The translations under genes and the position numbers were made by a program. From the sequence record SRR9188677_86: 64,000 nucleotides of DNA. One strand, written 5' to 3'. Numbering within the stretch: position 1 is the stretch's first letter; each line of letters begins with the position of its first letter. Below are positions 1-10,183 of this stretch, piece after piece. The notes under the pieces are model-generated. The model was not told the origin of the DNA. It worked only from the letters and a program-made list of their open reading frames with translations, and did no database searches.

Positions 1-28
1 AGATGAAAACAGTTTCGTAATGATTCAT
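1..28 (-). CDS. rpsF: 30S ribosomal protein S6, N-terminus only (runs off the window)
   Basis: Minus strand from ATG at 28 reads MNHYETVFI, the typical Bacteroidota S6 start; a -7-like box (TATCTTCG) lies on the minus strand at 59-66. Confidence 0.8.
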
Positions 29-102
29 AATAAAATGATTAAAATTTTAAATTGGGCGCGAAGATAGAAAGAATATTTCAATAAATAACAACCAATTGCT
101 TT

Positions 103-154
103 AAATCGTCTAAAAGTAAAAAATATCGTTTAAAAGCAAAAATAATCGATGAAA
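103..154 (+). promoter_or_regulatory. Three direct repeats at 20-bp period, probable LytTR binding sites
   Basis: ATCGTCTAAA (105), ATCGTTTAAA (125), ATCGATGAAA (145), upstream of a LytTR regulator. Confidence 0.55.
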
Positions 155-215
155 TGTTAGGTGGAATAAAAAAAAGTATCTATTTTTACCAAACCAAATC
201 TATAATTCAAAAAAT

Positions 216-911
216 ATGAAACTAAATTGTGTTGTTGTTGATGATAGTTCGATCCAGAGGATGATCATCGCAAAGTTAGTAAATAATCACCCGAACCTAC
301 ATTTAGTTGGTGATTTTTCTAATGCAATTGAAGCAAAAAATTGCATGTCGGTTCACACGGTCGATCTTATTTTCCTCGATATTGAGATGCCGGTTATCAG
401 CGGGTTCGATTTTCTGGACGGATTGAAAGTAAAACCTCAGATCATCTTTATCACTTCAAAAGCAGAATATGCCATGAAGGCTTTCGATTACGATGCTACG
501 GATTACCTGCAAAAACCAATAGCTTTGGATCGTTTCAATGCTTCCGTAAGAAGGGCGATGGATTTCCATATGCTCAAAAAAGAAAACCAGGAAGAAGAAG
601 GAGAACACATCTTTATAAAGAGCAATCTTAAGAAATTAAAGATTTATACCAATAAGATTAAGTGGATCGAAGCTTACGGCGATTACGTAAAAGTAGTTAC
701 GGAAGATGACAGTAATCTCGTACTTTCTACAATGAAATCTTTTGAGAATGATTTATCGAAAGAGAAATTCATCCGCGTTCACAAATCCTACATTATTAAT
801 ATAGACAAAGTAGAACGTTTCAATAGCAAGTTTGCTGAAATTGGAGTGACTAAAATCCCGTTAAGCAGAAACAAAAAAGAAGACCTTATAAAAGCCTTAG
901 CTATTGCATAA
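216..911 (+). CDS. LytR/AlgR-family response regulator (REC + LytTR)
   Basis: VVDD, FLDIEMP phospho-Asp, DYLQKP; C-terminal FIRVHKSYIIN LytTR motif. Confidence 0.95.
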   Translation: MKLNCVVVDDSSIQRMIIAKLVNNHPNLHLVGDFSNAIEAKNCMSVHTVDLIFLDIEMPVISGFDFLDGLKVKPQIIFITSKAEYAMKAFDYDATDYLQKPIALDRFNASVRRAMDFHMLKKENQEEEGEHIFIKSNLKKLKIYTNKIKWIEAYGDYVKVVTEDDSNLVLSTMKSFENDLSKEKFIRVHKSYIINIDKVERFNSKFAEIGVTKIPLSRNKKEDLIKALAIA

Positions 912-919
912 ATCTACTC

Positions 920-3370
920 TTAATAAAAATCAACGTTTACAGTAACTTTAATAGTCCTGTACTGCGAAACCAAATCAAAACTATTCAGTATTTTCTGGAT
1001 AGTTTTTTTTGTGCCCTGAATCGGAGCATCTCCAGGCATCTTAACCATTATCGTGCGGATGTATTCATTTCTGATTCTACCGATAGCCGGCTCTTCCGGA
1101 CCAAGTACGGGAATATTCAGGTTCTGCTGCAAAACCTGATAGAGCCACATCGAACCTTCCTTAAGCTTTTCAAAATCCCGATGCTTCAATGTCAATCGAA
1201 TTAAACGATAAAACGGCGGATAATAATAAATTTTCCTTTCATAAAGCTGTTCCTTGTACATTCCTTCATAATCATTATTAGTCACCTGCTGAATAACATT
1301 ATGCAACGGATTGTAAGTCTGGATCACAACTTTCCCGCGCTTCTCTGCCCTGCCCGACCTCCCGGCTACCTGGGTCATCATCTGGAAGCTTCTTTCGAAT
1401 GCCCTGAAATCAGGATGATACAGCATATTATCGGCGTTCATGATTCCGACAAGGGAGACATTATCAAAATCCAGACCCTTGGCCAGCATTTGGGTACCTA
1501 CTAAAACATCTATTTCCCGATTCTTGAACCCGTCAATGATTTTCTCGAAACTGTATTTTCCACGAGTCGTATCCTGGTCCATTCGTTTGATATTCCTTTG
1601 CGGAAATAATTCGGCCAGTTCCAGCTCAATCTGCTCGGTACCAAAACCTTTAGTTTCCAGATCAACGCTAGAGCAAACGTGGCAGTTCGTTGGTTTCGCC
1701 ATAGAATAACCGCAGTAATGGCAACGCAGCTGGTTCTTATATTTATGATAAGTCAGACTGACATCGCACTGCGGGCATTGCGGAACATTACCACAGGTCA
1801 TGCATTCCAAAACAGGGGAAAATCCGCGTCGGTTCTGGAATAAAATTACTTGTTTTCCATTTTCGAAAGCCTCAGTAATCTGTTCAATCAGTGTCAAACT
1901 GAAATGCCCTTTCATCTTTTTACGGAAATAACTGTCCTTCAGATCGACCAGTTCAATTTCCGGCATCTGGACTTTTCCAAATCGTTCTGTCAATGTAATC
2001 AATCCGAATTTTCCCGAAACCGCATTATAATAAGTCTCAATGCTTGGGGTTGCCGAGCCCAATAAAACTTTCGCCTGATGTGCATTTGCCAAAACAATAG
2101 CAGCATCACGAGCATGATATCTTGGTGCAGGATCCTGTTGCTTAAATGTTGATTCATGCTCTTCGTCAACAATTATAAGACCTAGATTATTGAAAGGTAA
2201 AAACAAAGCCGAACGCGCTCCTATAACAATCTGGGCAGTTTCTGAATTATGATTGACATTGTTCCAAACTTCCACACGCTCATTATTGGAATATTTTGAA
2301 TGAAAAACAGCTACTTTATTTCCAAAATGTACCGTCAGACGCGAAACCAATTGGGTTGTCAAAGCAATTTCGGGCAGCAGATATAAAACCTGTTTTCCGT
2401 CGGCAATATAGTTTTCAATAAGTTTTGTGTAGATTTCCGTCTTTCCGCTTGAGGTTACTCCGTGCAGAAGCGAAACTTCCTTTTCTTCAAAGGATTTTCG
2501 GATTTCATCATAAGCCATTTGCTGGGCTTCGCTCAATTTTAATTCGTTATCGATTTTATTTTTATCAAAATTGACACGGTCTTCTTGGATGTAATATTCC
2601 ACGAAAACTTCTTTATCCACCAAACCTTTTACAATTGATGTAGAGCTTTGGGCTGTTTCAATCAATTGCTTTACTGAAATTGGTTTTTTATCTGTAGCCT
2701 GCAGTTGAAAATACTGAAGAACAAGATTTTTCTGTTTATCGGAACGCAGCGAATCAAGCAGTTCAATAAGCTTCTTTTCTGCCAGATAATTTTCATGCAG
2801 ACGAATATACTTAACCAGCTTAGGTTTATATTCTTCCCGCATTTCTTCCTGAAGGGAAATGATATTTTTATTGATCAGTTTCTGGACAACCGGAAGGATT
2901 GTCTTTTTGTTCAAAATGGCAATAATGTCCTCGATCTTGAGTGAACTCTGATGCTGTAAAGCTTCATAAACCAAAAACTCCTCATCGGAAAGCTCGGTTT
3001 GATCAACGAAAGTTTGCTTATTTTGGGAAATGATGGTTTCGCTTTCGAGTAATAATGCTGATGGCAAAGCACCGCGGTAAACATCGCCAATATTGCACAT
3101 ATAATAAGACGCAATCCAGAACCAGTGATTGATCTGCAGTTCATTTACAATCGGTTTTTCATCTAAGATTTGTTCAATTTCCTTAGCCTCGTAAAGTGTT
3201 GGCGGGTTTTGGTGCAAGTCGATTACAAGTGCCGTATAGATTTTGCTTTTACCAAACGGAACGGCAATGCGCATCCCTTTTTTTATAAAATTGAATTCTG
3301 CTTCTGAAACGCTGTAAGTAAAAGTTTTAGGAAGTGAAAGCGGGATAATAACTTCAATGAAGTAACTCAT
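920..3370 (-). CDS. priA: Primosomal protein N' (replication restart helicase)
   Basis: GVTSSGKT Walker A, IVDEEH, four CxxC pairs, QVAGRSGR. Confidence 0.97.
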   Translation of the reverse strand: MSYFIEVIIPLSLPKTFTYSVSEAEFNFIKKGMRIAVPFGKSKIYTALVIDLHQNPPTLYEAKEIEQILDEKPIVNELQINHWFWIASYYMCNIGDVYRGALPSALLLESETIISQNKQTFVDQTELSDEEFLVYEALQHQSSLKIEDIIAILNKKTILPVVQKLINKNIISLQEEMREEYKPKLVKYIRLHENYLAEKKLIELLDSLRSDKQKNLVLQYFQLQATDKKPISVKQLIETAQSSTSIVKGLVDKEVFVEYYIQEDRVNFDKNKIDNELKLSEAQQMAYDEIRKSFEEKEVSLLHGVTSSGKTEIYTKLIENYIADGKQVLYLLPEIALTTQLVSRLTVHFGNKVAVFHSKYSNNERVEVWNNVNHNSETAQIVIGARSALFLPFNNLGLIIVDEEHESTFKQQDPAPRYHARDAAIVLANAHQAKVLLGSATPSIETYYNAVSGKFGLITLTERFGKVQMPEIELVDLKDSYFRKKMKGHFSLTLIEQITEAFENGKQVILFQNRRGFSPVLECMTCGNVPQCPQCDVSLTYHKYKNQLRCHYCGYSMAKPTNCHVCSSVDLETKGFGTEQIELELAELFPQRNIKRMDQDTTRGKYSFEKIIDGFKNREIDVLVGTQMLAKGLDFDNVSLVGIMNADNMLYHPDFRAFERSFQMMTQVAGRSGRAEKRGKVVIQTYNPLHNVIQQVTNNDYEGMYKEQLYERKIYYYPPFYRLIRLTLKHRDFEKLKEGSMWLYQVLQQNLNIPVLGPEEPAIGRIRNEYIRTIMVKMPGDAPIQGTKKTIQKILNSFDLVSQYRTIKVTVNVDFY

Positions 3371-3378
3371 TTTGAATA

Positions 3379-3801
3379 TTATTTTAATCGGGTCCAGGTT
3401 TGCGATCTTCCCAAAATAGAAATCCCGACAAAGCCGCGTACAATGAGCCTGTCTTTACCTTCAAAGGACACTTTGCAGTTGTAGCTTTTGCCATTTTTGG
3501 GATCAATGATTTTTCCCGAATCATAGACTTCGCCATTTTTAACCAATCCTTTGATGATATTCAGTCCAAGGATAGGCTTTCCTTTATCTTCTCCCTGGCA
3601 TTTATCGCATTTTAGGTGTTTTTTATCAACTTCAAAGATTTCAATAATCTTCCCATAGATTTTTCCTTTATGCTCGTAAATCTCCACAATACCTTTTTCC
3701 TTTCCGGTAACGTCATCGATTGTTTTCCACTTTCCCAAGATAGATTGGGACCAGCTTATCTGGAAAATTAAAATACAAAAAAGGAGCAGTTTCAGTTTCA
3801 T
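3379..3801 (-). CDS. DUF2147 family secreted protein
   Basis: Start reassigned to ATG 3801 (ATGA overlap with the upstream stop; gives a signal peptide); GKWKTIDD, GKIIDPKNGKSY, GRSQTW motifs. Confidence 0.85.
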   Translation of the reverse strand: MKLKLLLFCILIFQISWSQSILGKWKTIDDVTGKEKGIVEIYEHKGKIYGKIIEIFEVDKKHLKCDKCQGEDKGKPILGLNIIKGLVKNGEVYDSGKIIDPKNGKSYNCKVSFEGKDRLIVRGFVGISILGRSQTWTRLK

Positions 3802-4745
3802 TGCGATTCTAATTCTTTTTGTTTTTCTCGTTTGATGTGATGTATTGAAGCATTTAAGTCGAAACCTAAAAGCAAAATCATACAATTTATCCAAATATAA
3901 AACATTACGACCAATAAAGTTCCTATGGAACCATAAAGCTCGTTGTATTTTGAAAATTTAACAACCCAAATCCCAAAGAAATAAGATGATATAATAATCA
4001 GAATAGTAGTAAATACAGAACCTATCGAGATTAATTTTCTTTTTTTCTCGCGTTTGATGCCGTATTTGAAAAGCAGCGATGTTGCCATTAAAATCATGAG
4101 GATTACAAAAATATACCTTCCCATTTCTATCAGCGGAATATTATCTGACAATACATCCTGGATCTTGGTTTTCTGTATCAAAACCTCAAAGATTACAATG
4201 ACAGCAACGGTTACGATCAATACCAAAGACAATAAAATCGATAAGGCCAACGCTACCAAATACTGCCTGAAAAACTTTCGCTTCAGCGTGATATGAACAT
4301 GGTGCCCGCTTTCAAACCCTCCCAGAATGGCATTTACACCATTGGTCATCAGCAAAATTGCCATCAGAAATCCGGTAGAAAGCAAACCGCTGTGGCTGTT
4401 GTGGAGAATATCATTGATGATTTTGTAGATGGCATCATAAGTCGTTGGCGGAACGCTTTGTTGTACAAATCCCATAAAATCGTCCTGAAACCCATCAATC
4501 GGAATGTAGGGAATAAGGTTCAGGATAAAAAGCATGAACGGAAACAATGCCATAAAGAAGCTCCAGGCAATCGCGGAAGCACGATAGGAAATCGCTCCTT
4601 CAATTACGCCAATAAAATACAAATCAAGCAGGTCATATAAAGACAAACCGTGGAGCCACGGCAGTTTTATCCTTTGCGTTAAAAGAATCAGCTGTTTGAC
4701 AACCGGTAACTTTGCGAATCTGTTTTCCTTGGCTTCGGTAGACAT
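3798..4745 (-). CDS. YihY/virulence factor BrkB family membrane protein
   Basis: Multi-TM; ASAIAWSFFMALFP and YNELYGSIG motifs. Confidence 0.9.
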   Translation of the reverse strand: MSTEAKENRFAKLPVVKQLILLTQRIKLPWLHGLSLYDLLDLYFIGVIEGAISYRASAIAWSFFMALFPFMLFILNLIPYIPIDGFQDDFMGFVQQSVPPTTYDAIYKIINDILHNSHSGLLSTGFLMAILLMTNGVNAILGGFESGHHVHITLKRKFFRQYLVALALSILLSLVLIVTVAVIVIFEVLIQKTKIQDVLSDNIPLIEMGRYIFVILMILMATSLLFKYGIKREKKRKLISIGSVFTTILIIISSYFFGIWVVKFSKYNELYGSIGTLLVVMFYIWINCMILLLGFDLNASIHHIKREKQKELESQ

Positions 4746-5603
4746 TTAAAGGGCCTTTAAGCTTAAATCCATATTGTAAACCGAATGCGTCAAAGCTCCG
4801 GAAGAAATGTAGTTTACACCACATTCAGCATATTCCCGAATGGTTTTTTCGTTGATGTTCCCCGATGATTCGCTCTGGCATTTGTCACCAATTAATAAAA
4901 CGGCTTTGCGTGTATCTTCAAAATTGAAATTGTCGATCAGGATTCGGAATACACCGTCATTCTGTAGGATCTCTTGAATTTCAGCCAAGCTTCTGGCTTC
5001 CACGATAATCTTCAAATCCAAGTTATGGAATTTTAAAAACGCTTTGGTTTTAGTGATGGCACTGGTAATTCCACCCGCGAAATCATTGTGGTTGTCTTTC
5101 AGCATTACCATATCATACAAAGCAAAACGGTGATTTTCGCCTCCACCAATTTTAACAGCCCATTTTTCGCAGGCACGGAATCCGGGAGTTGTTTTACGGG
5201 TATCTAAAATTTTGGTATTCGTTCCTTCCAAAAGCCTAACGTACTGATTGGTTTTGGTCGCAATAGCGGACATGCGCTGCATTGAATTCAGTACTAACCG
5301 TTCGGCTTTCAGTATAGATTGCGAACTTCCGGAAACATGGAAAACGACATCGCCATGCTTCACTTCCGCCCCATCGTTGATAAACGTTTCTACTTCCAGT
5401 GTCGGATCTACATTCTGGAAAATCATTTTGGCGAATTCCACTCCGGCAATAATCCCGGTATCCTTAACCAAAAGCCTGGCTTTTCCTGTTGCGGAATTTG
5501 GAATGCACGACAGCGAACTGTAGTCGCCCGGGCCAATGTCTTCGCGAATTCCGTTCTGTATAATTATATCAAGCTCTTTTTGAAACTGTTCCTCTGAAAT
5601 CAT
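4746..5603 (-). CDS. nadC: Nicotinate-nucleotide diphosphorylase (carboxylating)
   Basis: EDIGPGD, DTRKTTPG, NHRFALYD, LKDNH, SSGALTHS. Confidence 0.97.
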   Translation of the reverse strand: MISEEQFQKELDIIIQNGIREDIGPGDYSSLSCIPNSATGKARLLVKDTGIIAGVEFAKMIFQNVDPTLEVETFINDGAEVKHGDVVFHVSGSSQSILKAERLVLNSMQRMSAIATKTNQYVRLLEGTNTKILDTRKTTPGFRACEKWAVKIGGGENHRFALYDMVMLKDNHNDFAGGITSAITKTKAFLKFHNLDLKIIVEARSLAEIQEILQNDGVFRILIDNFNFEDTRKAVLLIGDKCQSESSGNINEKTIREYAECGVNYISSGALTHSVYNMDLSLKAL

Positions 5604-5701
5604 TTGAAAAGTATTGATTGGCTAAAATAGTATTTAATTTACTGATTTAAAAAAGAAAATTGATTTTGAATTTCTATTTTTGCAGCACAACAACACTACA
5701 C

Positions 5702-6727
5702 ATGTACAAACTACTCATCCGCCCGATCTTGTTCTGGTTTGACCCGGAAGAAGTCCATTATTTCTCATTCCGTTTTATTCGGTTTACTGCCAAAATCCCG
5801 TTTGTTTCCTCTATTTTGAAATCGATTTACGAAGTCAAAGATCCGCGCTTGGAACGGGAAGTCTTTGGCCTGAAATTTAAAAATCCTGTAGGATTGGCCG
5901 CAGGATTCGATAAAGATGCCAAATGCTATCAGGAACTTTCCAATTTTGGATTCGGGTTTATCGAAATCGGAACCTTAACCCCAAAACCGCAGGACGGAAA
6001 TCCTAAAAAGCGCTTGTTCCGATTAAAATCCGACAGTGCCATCATTAACCGAATGGGCTTCAATAATGGCGGCGTTTCGGAAGCAGTGCAAAGGCTGAAG
6101 AAAAACAAAAACGTTCTGATCGGTGGAAATATCGGCAAAAATAAAGTTACTCCTAATGAAGCAGCAACTTCAGATTACTTAATCTGTTTTAATACTTTAT
6201 TCGATTATGTGGATTATTTTGTTGTAAATGTAAGTTCCCCCAACACGCCTAATCTGCGTGAACTTCAGGAAAAAGAGCCCTTGACAAAACTTTTACAAAC
6301 TTTGCAGAACGAAAACAATAAAAAAGAAAAAGCGAAGCCCATCCTTCTAAAAATCGCTCCCGATTTGACTGATGAACAATTGCTGGATATCATCGACATT
6401 GTAACCGAAACCAAAATTGCAGGGGTAATAGCAACCAACACAACGATTGCGCGTGAAGGCCTACAATCGGAAAATAAAGCGGAAATGGGCGGATTATCCG
6501 GAAAACCTTTAACCAAACGCTCAACGGAAGTAATCCGTTTCCTTTCTGTAAAAAGCAATAAATCGTTCCCTATTATCGGCGTGGGCGGTATCCATTCGGC
6601 AGAAGATGCCTGGGAAAAACTCGAAGCCGGGGCCAGCCTGGTTCAATTGTACACCGGATTTATTTACGAAGGCCCAAAACTGGTTGCCGATATCAACAAA
6701 AAAATCCTAGCCGCAACTGCAAAATAG
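5702..6727 (+). CDS. pyrD: Quinone-dependent dihydroorotate dehydrogenase
   Basis: [31 protein letters not shown]; start moved to ATG 5702, downstream of the TATTTTTG box at 5675-5682. Confidence 0.96.
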   Translation: MYKLLIRPILFWFDPEEVHYFSFRFIRFTAKIPFVSSILKSIYEVKDPRLEREVFGLKFKNPVGLAAGFDKDAKCYQELSNFGFGFIEIGTLTPKPQDGNPKKRLFRLKSDSAIINRMGFNNGGVSEAVQRLKKNKNVLIGGNIGKNKVTPNEAATSDYLICFNTLFDYVDYFVVNVSSPNTPNLRELQEKEPLTKLLQTLQNENNKKEKAKPILLKIAPDLTDEQLLDIIDIVTETKIAGVIATNTTIAREGLQSENKAEMGGLSGKPLTKRSTEVIRFLSVKSNKSFPIIGVGGIHSAEDAWEKLEAGASLVQLYTGFIYEGPKLVADINKKILAATAK

Positions 6728-7423
6728 CTGAACCAATAATCCGGCGGCTATTGCAATTCCGAAACTTAATAAAGTCCCTATAAGGACGTATTCTGTCAGT
6801 TTTCTGTCCTTGGCTTCTTTCAAATCGCCAAAACGGAATATGGATTTGGCTGCGAGTAAAAACCCAATGGCATCAAAATGGCCCGAAACAACGAAGTAAA
6901 ACACAAACAATCGCTCCATAATACCAATATAATTCCCGGCGTTTTGTAAGGAATCGTCGCTTTTATTGCTTTTATTTTCCGGAGTCCAAATTGAAATGAT
7001 GTTTTTTATGATTATGGAGGTAGGCTTGGTCAGGAAAATAATAGCCGTAGCCATTACCCAAAACTGGTCAGTAAAAAAGTCCCATTCCATTTCCGGCTTT
7101 GTGTAAAAAACAGCTGTAATAATTAGTGTTATCAAATGCAGCAACTGGTCTGCCAAAAACCAGGCCCGCTTGGTAGCAGGCTTTTGGAAGCTAAGCTTTG
7201 TTAAATCGATGATTCCATGCAAAAGCGCCAAAGCAACCGCAAATGGAAGAAATTCTTTTTCCGCGACCAATAAGAAAGCTAAAAAACCGTGCAATAGTAT
7301 ATGCAGATAAAGGAATTTGCTCCTGTAGTTTTTTGCTTCTTTATCCGAAACCCAGGAATTAGGTTGTACTATAAAATCACCGATTAAATGAGTCAATAAG
7401 AGTTTAATAAATAGTGGGATCAT
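6707..7423 (-). CDS. DUF3307 domain membrane protein
   Basis: [26 protein letters not shown] motifs in TM helices; C-terminal GNYIGIMER...AAKSIFRF...[10 protein letters not shown]. Confidence 0.85.
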   Translation of the reverse strand: MIPLFIKLLLTHLIGDFIVQPNSWVSDKEAKNYRSKFLYLHILLHGFLAFLLVAEKEFLPFAVALALLHGIIDLTKLSFQKPATKRAWFLADQLLHLITLIITAVFYTKPEMEWDFFTDQFWVMATAIIFLTKPTSIIIKNIISIWTPENKSNKSDDSLQNAGNYIGIMERLFVFYFVVSGHFDAIGFLLAAKSIFRFGDLKEAKDRKLTEYVLIGTLLSFGIAIAAGLLVQLFCSCG

Positions 7424-8028
7424 AACATTTTCTTTATTTGTTTCCTGTAATACGCATCCAAATCCTTAACTAAATCATAATTAGCCCGTTTCTGGCGACG
7501 GCTTACCGCAGCTTGGTTGATGCCCAATTTCACTCCTATTTCTTCCTGTGATAAAGTTGGATTTTGCATTGCGGTCAATATGAATTCCGCGGATTGCTGC
7601 AGCCAATTATCCATAAAAGACAAGCTTAGGCGCAGCATTAGGTTCATTTTTTCATCGAATTCTGCATTTCCCGAATTTACCGCCAGATTGACTTTCTGTT
7701 TTTTCAAGGTTTCAAAAAGCTCGCCCGAACGGATAAACGCCTCCCCATTGCTTTCGGTAATCTTCACCGCTTCGTACTCTTTATCCCCAAAACCTAAACT
7801 CATGCGCGCATCCAATTGAATTGATTTAAAAAAAACTTTGATCAATATTACCGAACTCAATGCCTCTTCAGGGTTTTTTATCTCCAACTGAAACTCATCG
7901 CCTCTATAAATCTCCCAATTGTTCGGGCTTTTACCAAACTTTTGAAATAGTTTCTTCAAATCATCCATCCATAATTGGGCCGGCACTTTTCTTGAATTGA
8001 TAATGTCGCCTGTTACAATAACTGTCAT
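7420..8028 (-). CDS. SatD family protein (cyclase/palm-like N-domain + C-terminal HTH)
   Basis: TGDIINSR, YRGDEFQ, RMSLGFG, NGEAF; HTH SQEEIGVKLGINQAAVSRR; start moved to ATG 8028; ATGA overlap with DUF3307. Confidence 0.85.
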   Translation of the reverse strand: MTVIVTGDIINSRKVPAQLWMDDLKKLFQKFGKSPNNWEIYRGDEFQLEIKNPEEALSSVILIKVFFKSIQLDARMSLGFGDKEYEAVKITESNGEAFIRSGELFETLKKQKVNLAVNSGNAEFDEKMNLMLRLSLSFMDNWLQQSAEFILTAMQNPTLSQEEIGVKLGINQAAVSRRQKRANYDLVKDLDAYYRKQIKKML

Positions 8029-8060
8029 AATCAATAGTTTACAATTAGACTTAAAAAAAG

Positions 8061-8068
8061 CAAATATA
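8061..8068 (-). promoter_or_regulatory. Bacteroidota primary-sigma -7 element for the satD-DUF3307 operon
   Basis: Minus-strand TATATTTG = TAnnTTTG consensus; TTTG 22 bp upstream at 8091-8094. Confidence 0.65.
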
Positions 8069-8084
8069 GCCAAATCGATTTAAT

Positions 8085-8160
8085 TATTACCAAAAAACGT
8101 AATATTTTAAATTATTACCAAAATATGTAATACAAGACTTTATTACCATAAAGTGTAATA
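8085..8160. repeat. Array of three 20-bp palindromes TATTAC-N8-GTAATA at exact 28-bp period
   Basis: TATTACCAAAAAACGTAATA (8085-8104), TATTACCAAAATATGTAATA (8113-8132), TATTACCATAAAGTGTAATA (8141-8160). Confidence 0.9.
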
Positions 8161-8228
8161 CTAAAGTAAAAGAAAACGATTGCGAAGCCCAAATATTTTA
8201 GCTAATTTAGCCATCAAAATTTTAGTCT

Positions 8229-9095
8229 TTGAATCCGAAAATCAAAATCATAGAATGCCCACGCGATGCCATGCAAGGTATCAAGACATTTATCCCGACA
8301 GAAAAAAAAGTGGAATACATCCAGGCTTTGCTTCGTGTCGGATTTGACACTATTGATTTTGGAAGTTTTGTTTCGGCAAAGGCAATTCCGCAAATGCAGG
8401 ATACAGCACAAGTTCTGGCAAAGCTGGATTTATCGCAAACGCAGAGTAAATTACTGGCTATCATCGCCAACACACAAGGCGCGCAAATGGCATCAATTCA
8501 TCCTGAAATCCAGTATTTGGGGTTTCCGTTTTCGATTTCCGAAAATTTCCAGATGCGGAATACCCACAAAACGATTGCCGAAAGTTTAATAACGCTTCAG
8601 GAAATCTTGGATATAGCCGATAAATCCAATAAAGAAGTGGTGACTTATATTTCTATGGGATTTGGGAATCCGTATGGAGATCCGTGGAATGTTGAAATTG
8701 TGGGCGAATGGACAGAAAAACTCGCCAATATGGGCATAAAAATCCTTTCGCTTTCGGATACGGTAGGAAGTTCAACTCCGGATGTAATTACCTATTTATT
8801 TTCAAACCTGATTCCGAAATACCCGCACATCGAATTTGGTGCACATCTGCATACCACACCTGATAAGTGGCACGAAAAAGTAGATGCTGCTTATAAAGCC
8901 GGTTGCGTCCGTTTTGATGGTGCCATTCAGGGATTTGGCGGCTGCCCGATGGCAAAGGATGACCTGACAGGCAACATGCCTACCGAAAAGCTCCTATCCT
9001 ATTTCACTACACAAAAGGCCGGCACCAATACCAGCCCGATGAGCTTTGAAAGCGCTTACAATGTAGCTACAAGAGTTTTTACGGAATACCATTAA
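8229..9095 (+). CDS. Hydroxymethylglutaryl-CoA lyase
   Basis: ECPRDAMQG, GAHLH, GFGGCP, GNMPTE; TTG start. Confidence 0.92.
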   Translation: MNPKIKIIECPRDAMQGIKTFIPTEKKVEYIQALLRVGFDTIDFGSFVSAKAIPQMQDTAQVLAKLDLSQTQSKLLAIIANTQGAQMASIHPEIQYLGFPFSISENFQMRNTHKTIAESLITLQEILDIADKSNKEVVTYISMGFGNPYGDPWNVEIVGEWTEKLANMGIKILSLSDTVGSSTPDVITYLFSNLIPKYPHIEFGAHLHTTPDKWHEKVDAAYKAGCVRFDGAIQGFGGCPMAKDDLTGNMPTEKLLSYFTTQKAGTNTSPMSFESAYNVATRVFTEYH

Positions 9096-10183
9096 TCGAT
9101 AGTTTCCCACCATTTTTCAAAAGTTCCCGGCGCGTCCAGATTGACTTTCTGTCCGATCATTGGTGTTAGAAGCGGAATATTTTCTTTTTGAGCTGCTTCA
9201 GAGACCCTTATTATCGGTTCATCCCAGGCGTGATTGGCTAAGGCAAATTTTGCCCAATGTACCGGCATCACTGCTTTTGCTTTTAGGTTTTTGCCTGCCG
9301 ATATCAATTCTTCCGGGAACATATGGATGTATTTCCAGCTTTCGTTGTATTGACCGCATTCCAAAATCGCCAGGTCAAAAGGCCCATATTCGTTTCCGAT
9401 TTTTTCAAAATGCGTATCAAAACCGCTGTCGCCACCAAGATAGATTTTACGTTTTGGAGTTTGCAGGACAAATGACATCCAAATTGCTTTATTCCTTGAA
9501 AATAATCTTCCTGCAAAATGGCGCGCCGGAGTGGTGTTTACAATAAACCCATCACCTAAATCAAGTTGCTGGTTCCAGTCTTTCTCATAAACACTATCCA
9601 GGTCATAACCCCAAAGTTCCAAATGTTCAGCAGTACCCAAACCAGTAATTACTTTCTTTACTTTCGACCTTAATCGGGTAACCGTTTCATAATCCAAATG
9701 GTCCCAATGATCGTGGGAAAGGAACAGGAAATCAATTTCGGGAAAATCTTCTACATTGTAAACATCGCTTCCCGGAAAACTCTTGGTGGTCATTCTTACA
9801 GGCGAAGCAGCACCGCTGAAAACCGGATCGACAAGGATTGTCTTGCCCTCAAGCTGCATAAAATAAGAGGAATGTCCAAACCAGACTATACTATTTTCGC
9901 CTTTATTCAGATGGTGCAAATCCGTTTTCTGTGACGGAATTCGGTCTTTCGGTTTGTTGCGCTTGTCTTTTTCGAATAACACCTTTTTGAGGATTCTAAA
10001 ATACGTTTCTCCTTCGGCCAGATCAGGTGTAAAGTTCAGGTTGTGGAATTTCCCATTTTTATAATTTGGAGAGTTTTCAATGGATGCAAGTCGGTTTCCC
10101 GATGGAATTCTTCCGAATTTAGGCTGCTTGAACCAAAAATAGAAGTAAATGAAAACAAGTGCAATTAGTAAAACAAAAAGCAT
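9092..10183 (-). CDS. MBL-fold metallo-hydrolase (RomA/NAPE-PLD-like)
   Basis: WFGHSS, SHDHWDHLD, PARHF, GGDSG, PVHWAKF; N-terminal membrane anchor. Confidence 0.9.
   Translation of the reverse strand: MLFVLLIALVFIYFYFWFKQPKFGRIPSGNRLASIENSPNYKNGKFHNLNFTPDLAEGETYFRILKKVLFEKDKRNKPKDRIPSQKTDLHHLNKGENSIVWFGHSSYFMQLEGKTILVDPVFSGAASPVRMTTKSFPGSDVYNVEDFPEIDFLFLSHDHWDHLDYETVTRLRSKVKKVITGLGTAEHLELWGYDLDSVYEKDWNQQLDLGDGFIVNTTPARHFAGRLFSRNKAIWMSFVLQTPKRKIYLGGDSGFDTHFEKIGNEYGPFDLAILECGQYNESWKYIHMFPEELISAGKNLKAKAVMPVHWAKFALANHAWDEPIIRVSEAAQKENIPLLTPMIGQKVNLDAPGTFEKWWETID

Noticed and set aside
8085-8160. Mini-CRISPR interpretation of the palindrome array
   Set aside because: Linkers are only 8 bp, repeat centres vary, and no cas genes are in the window; an operator array fits better.
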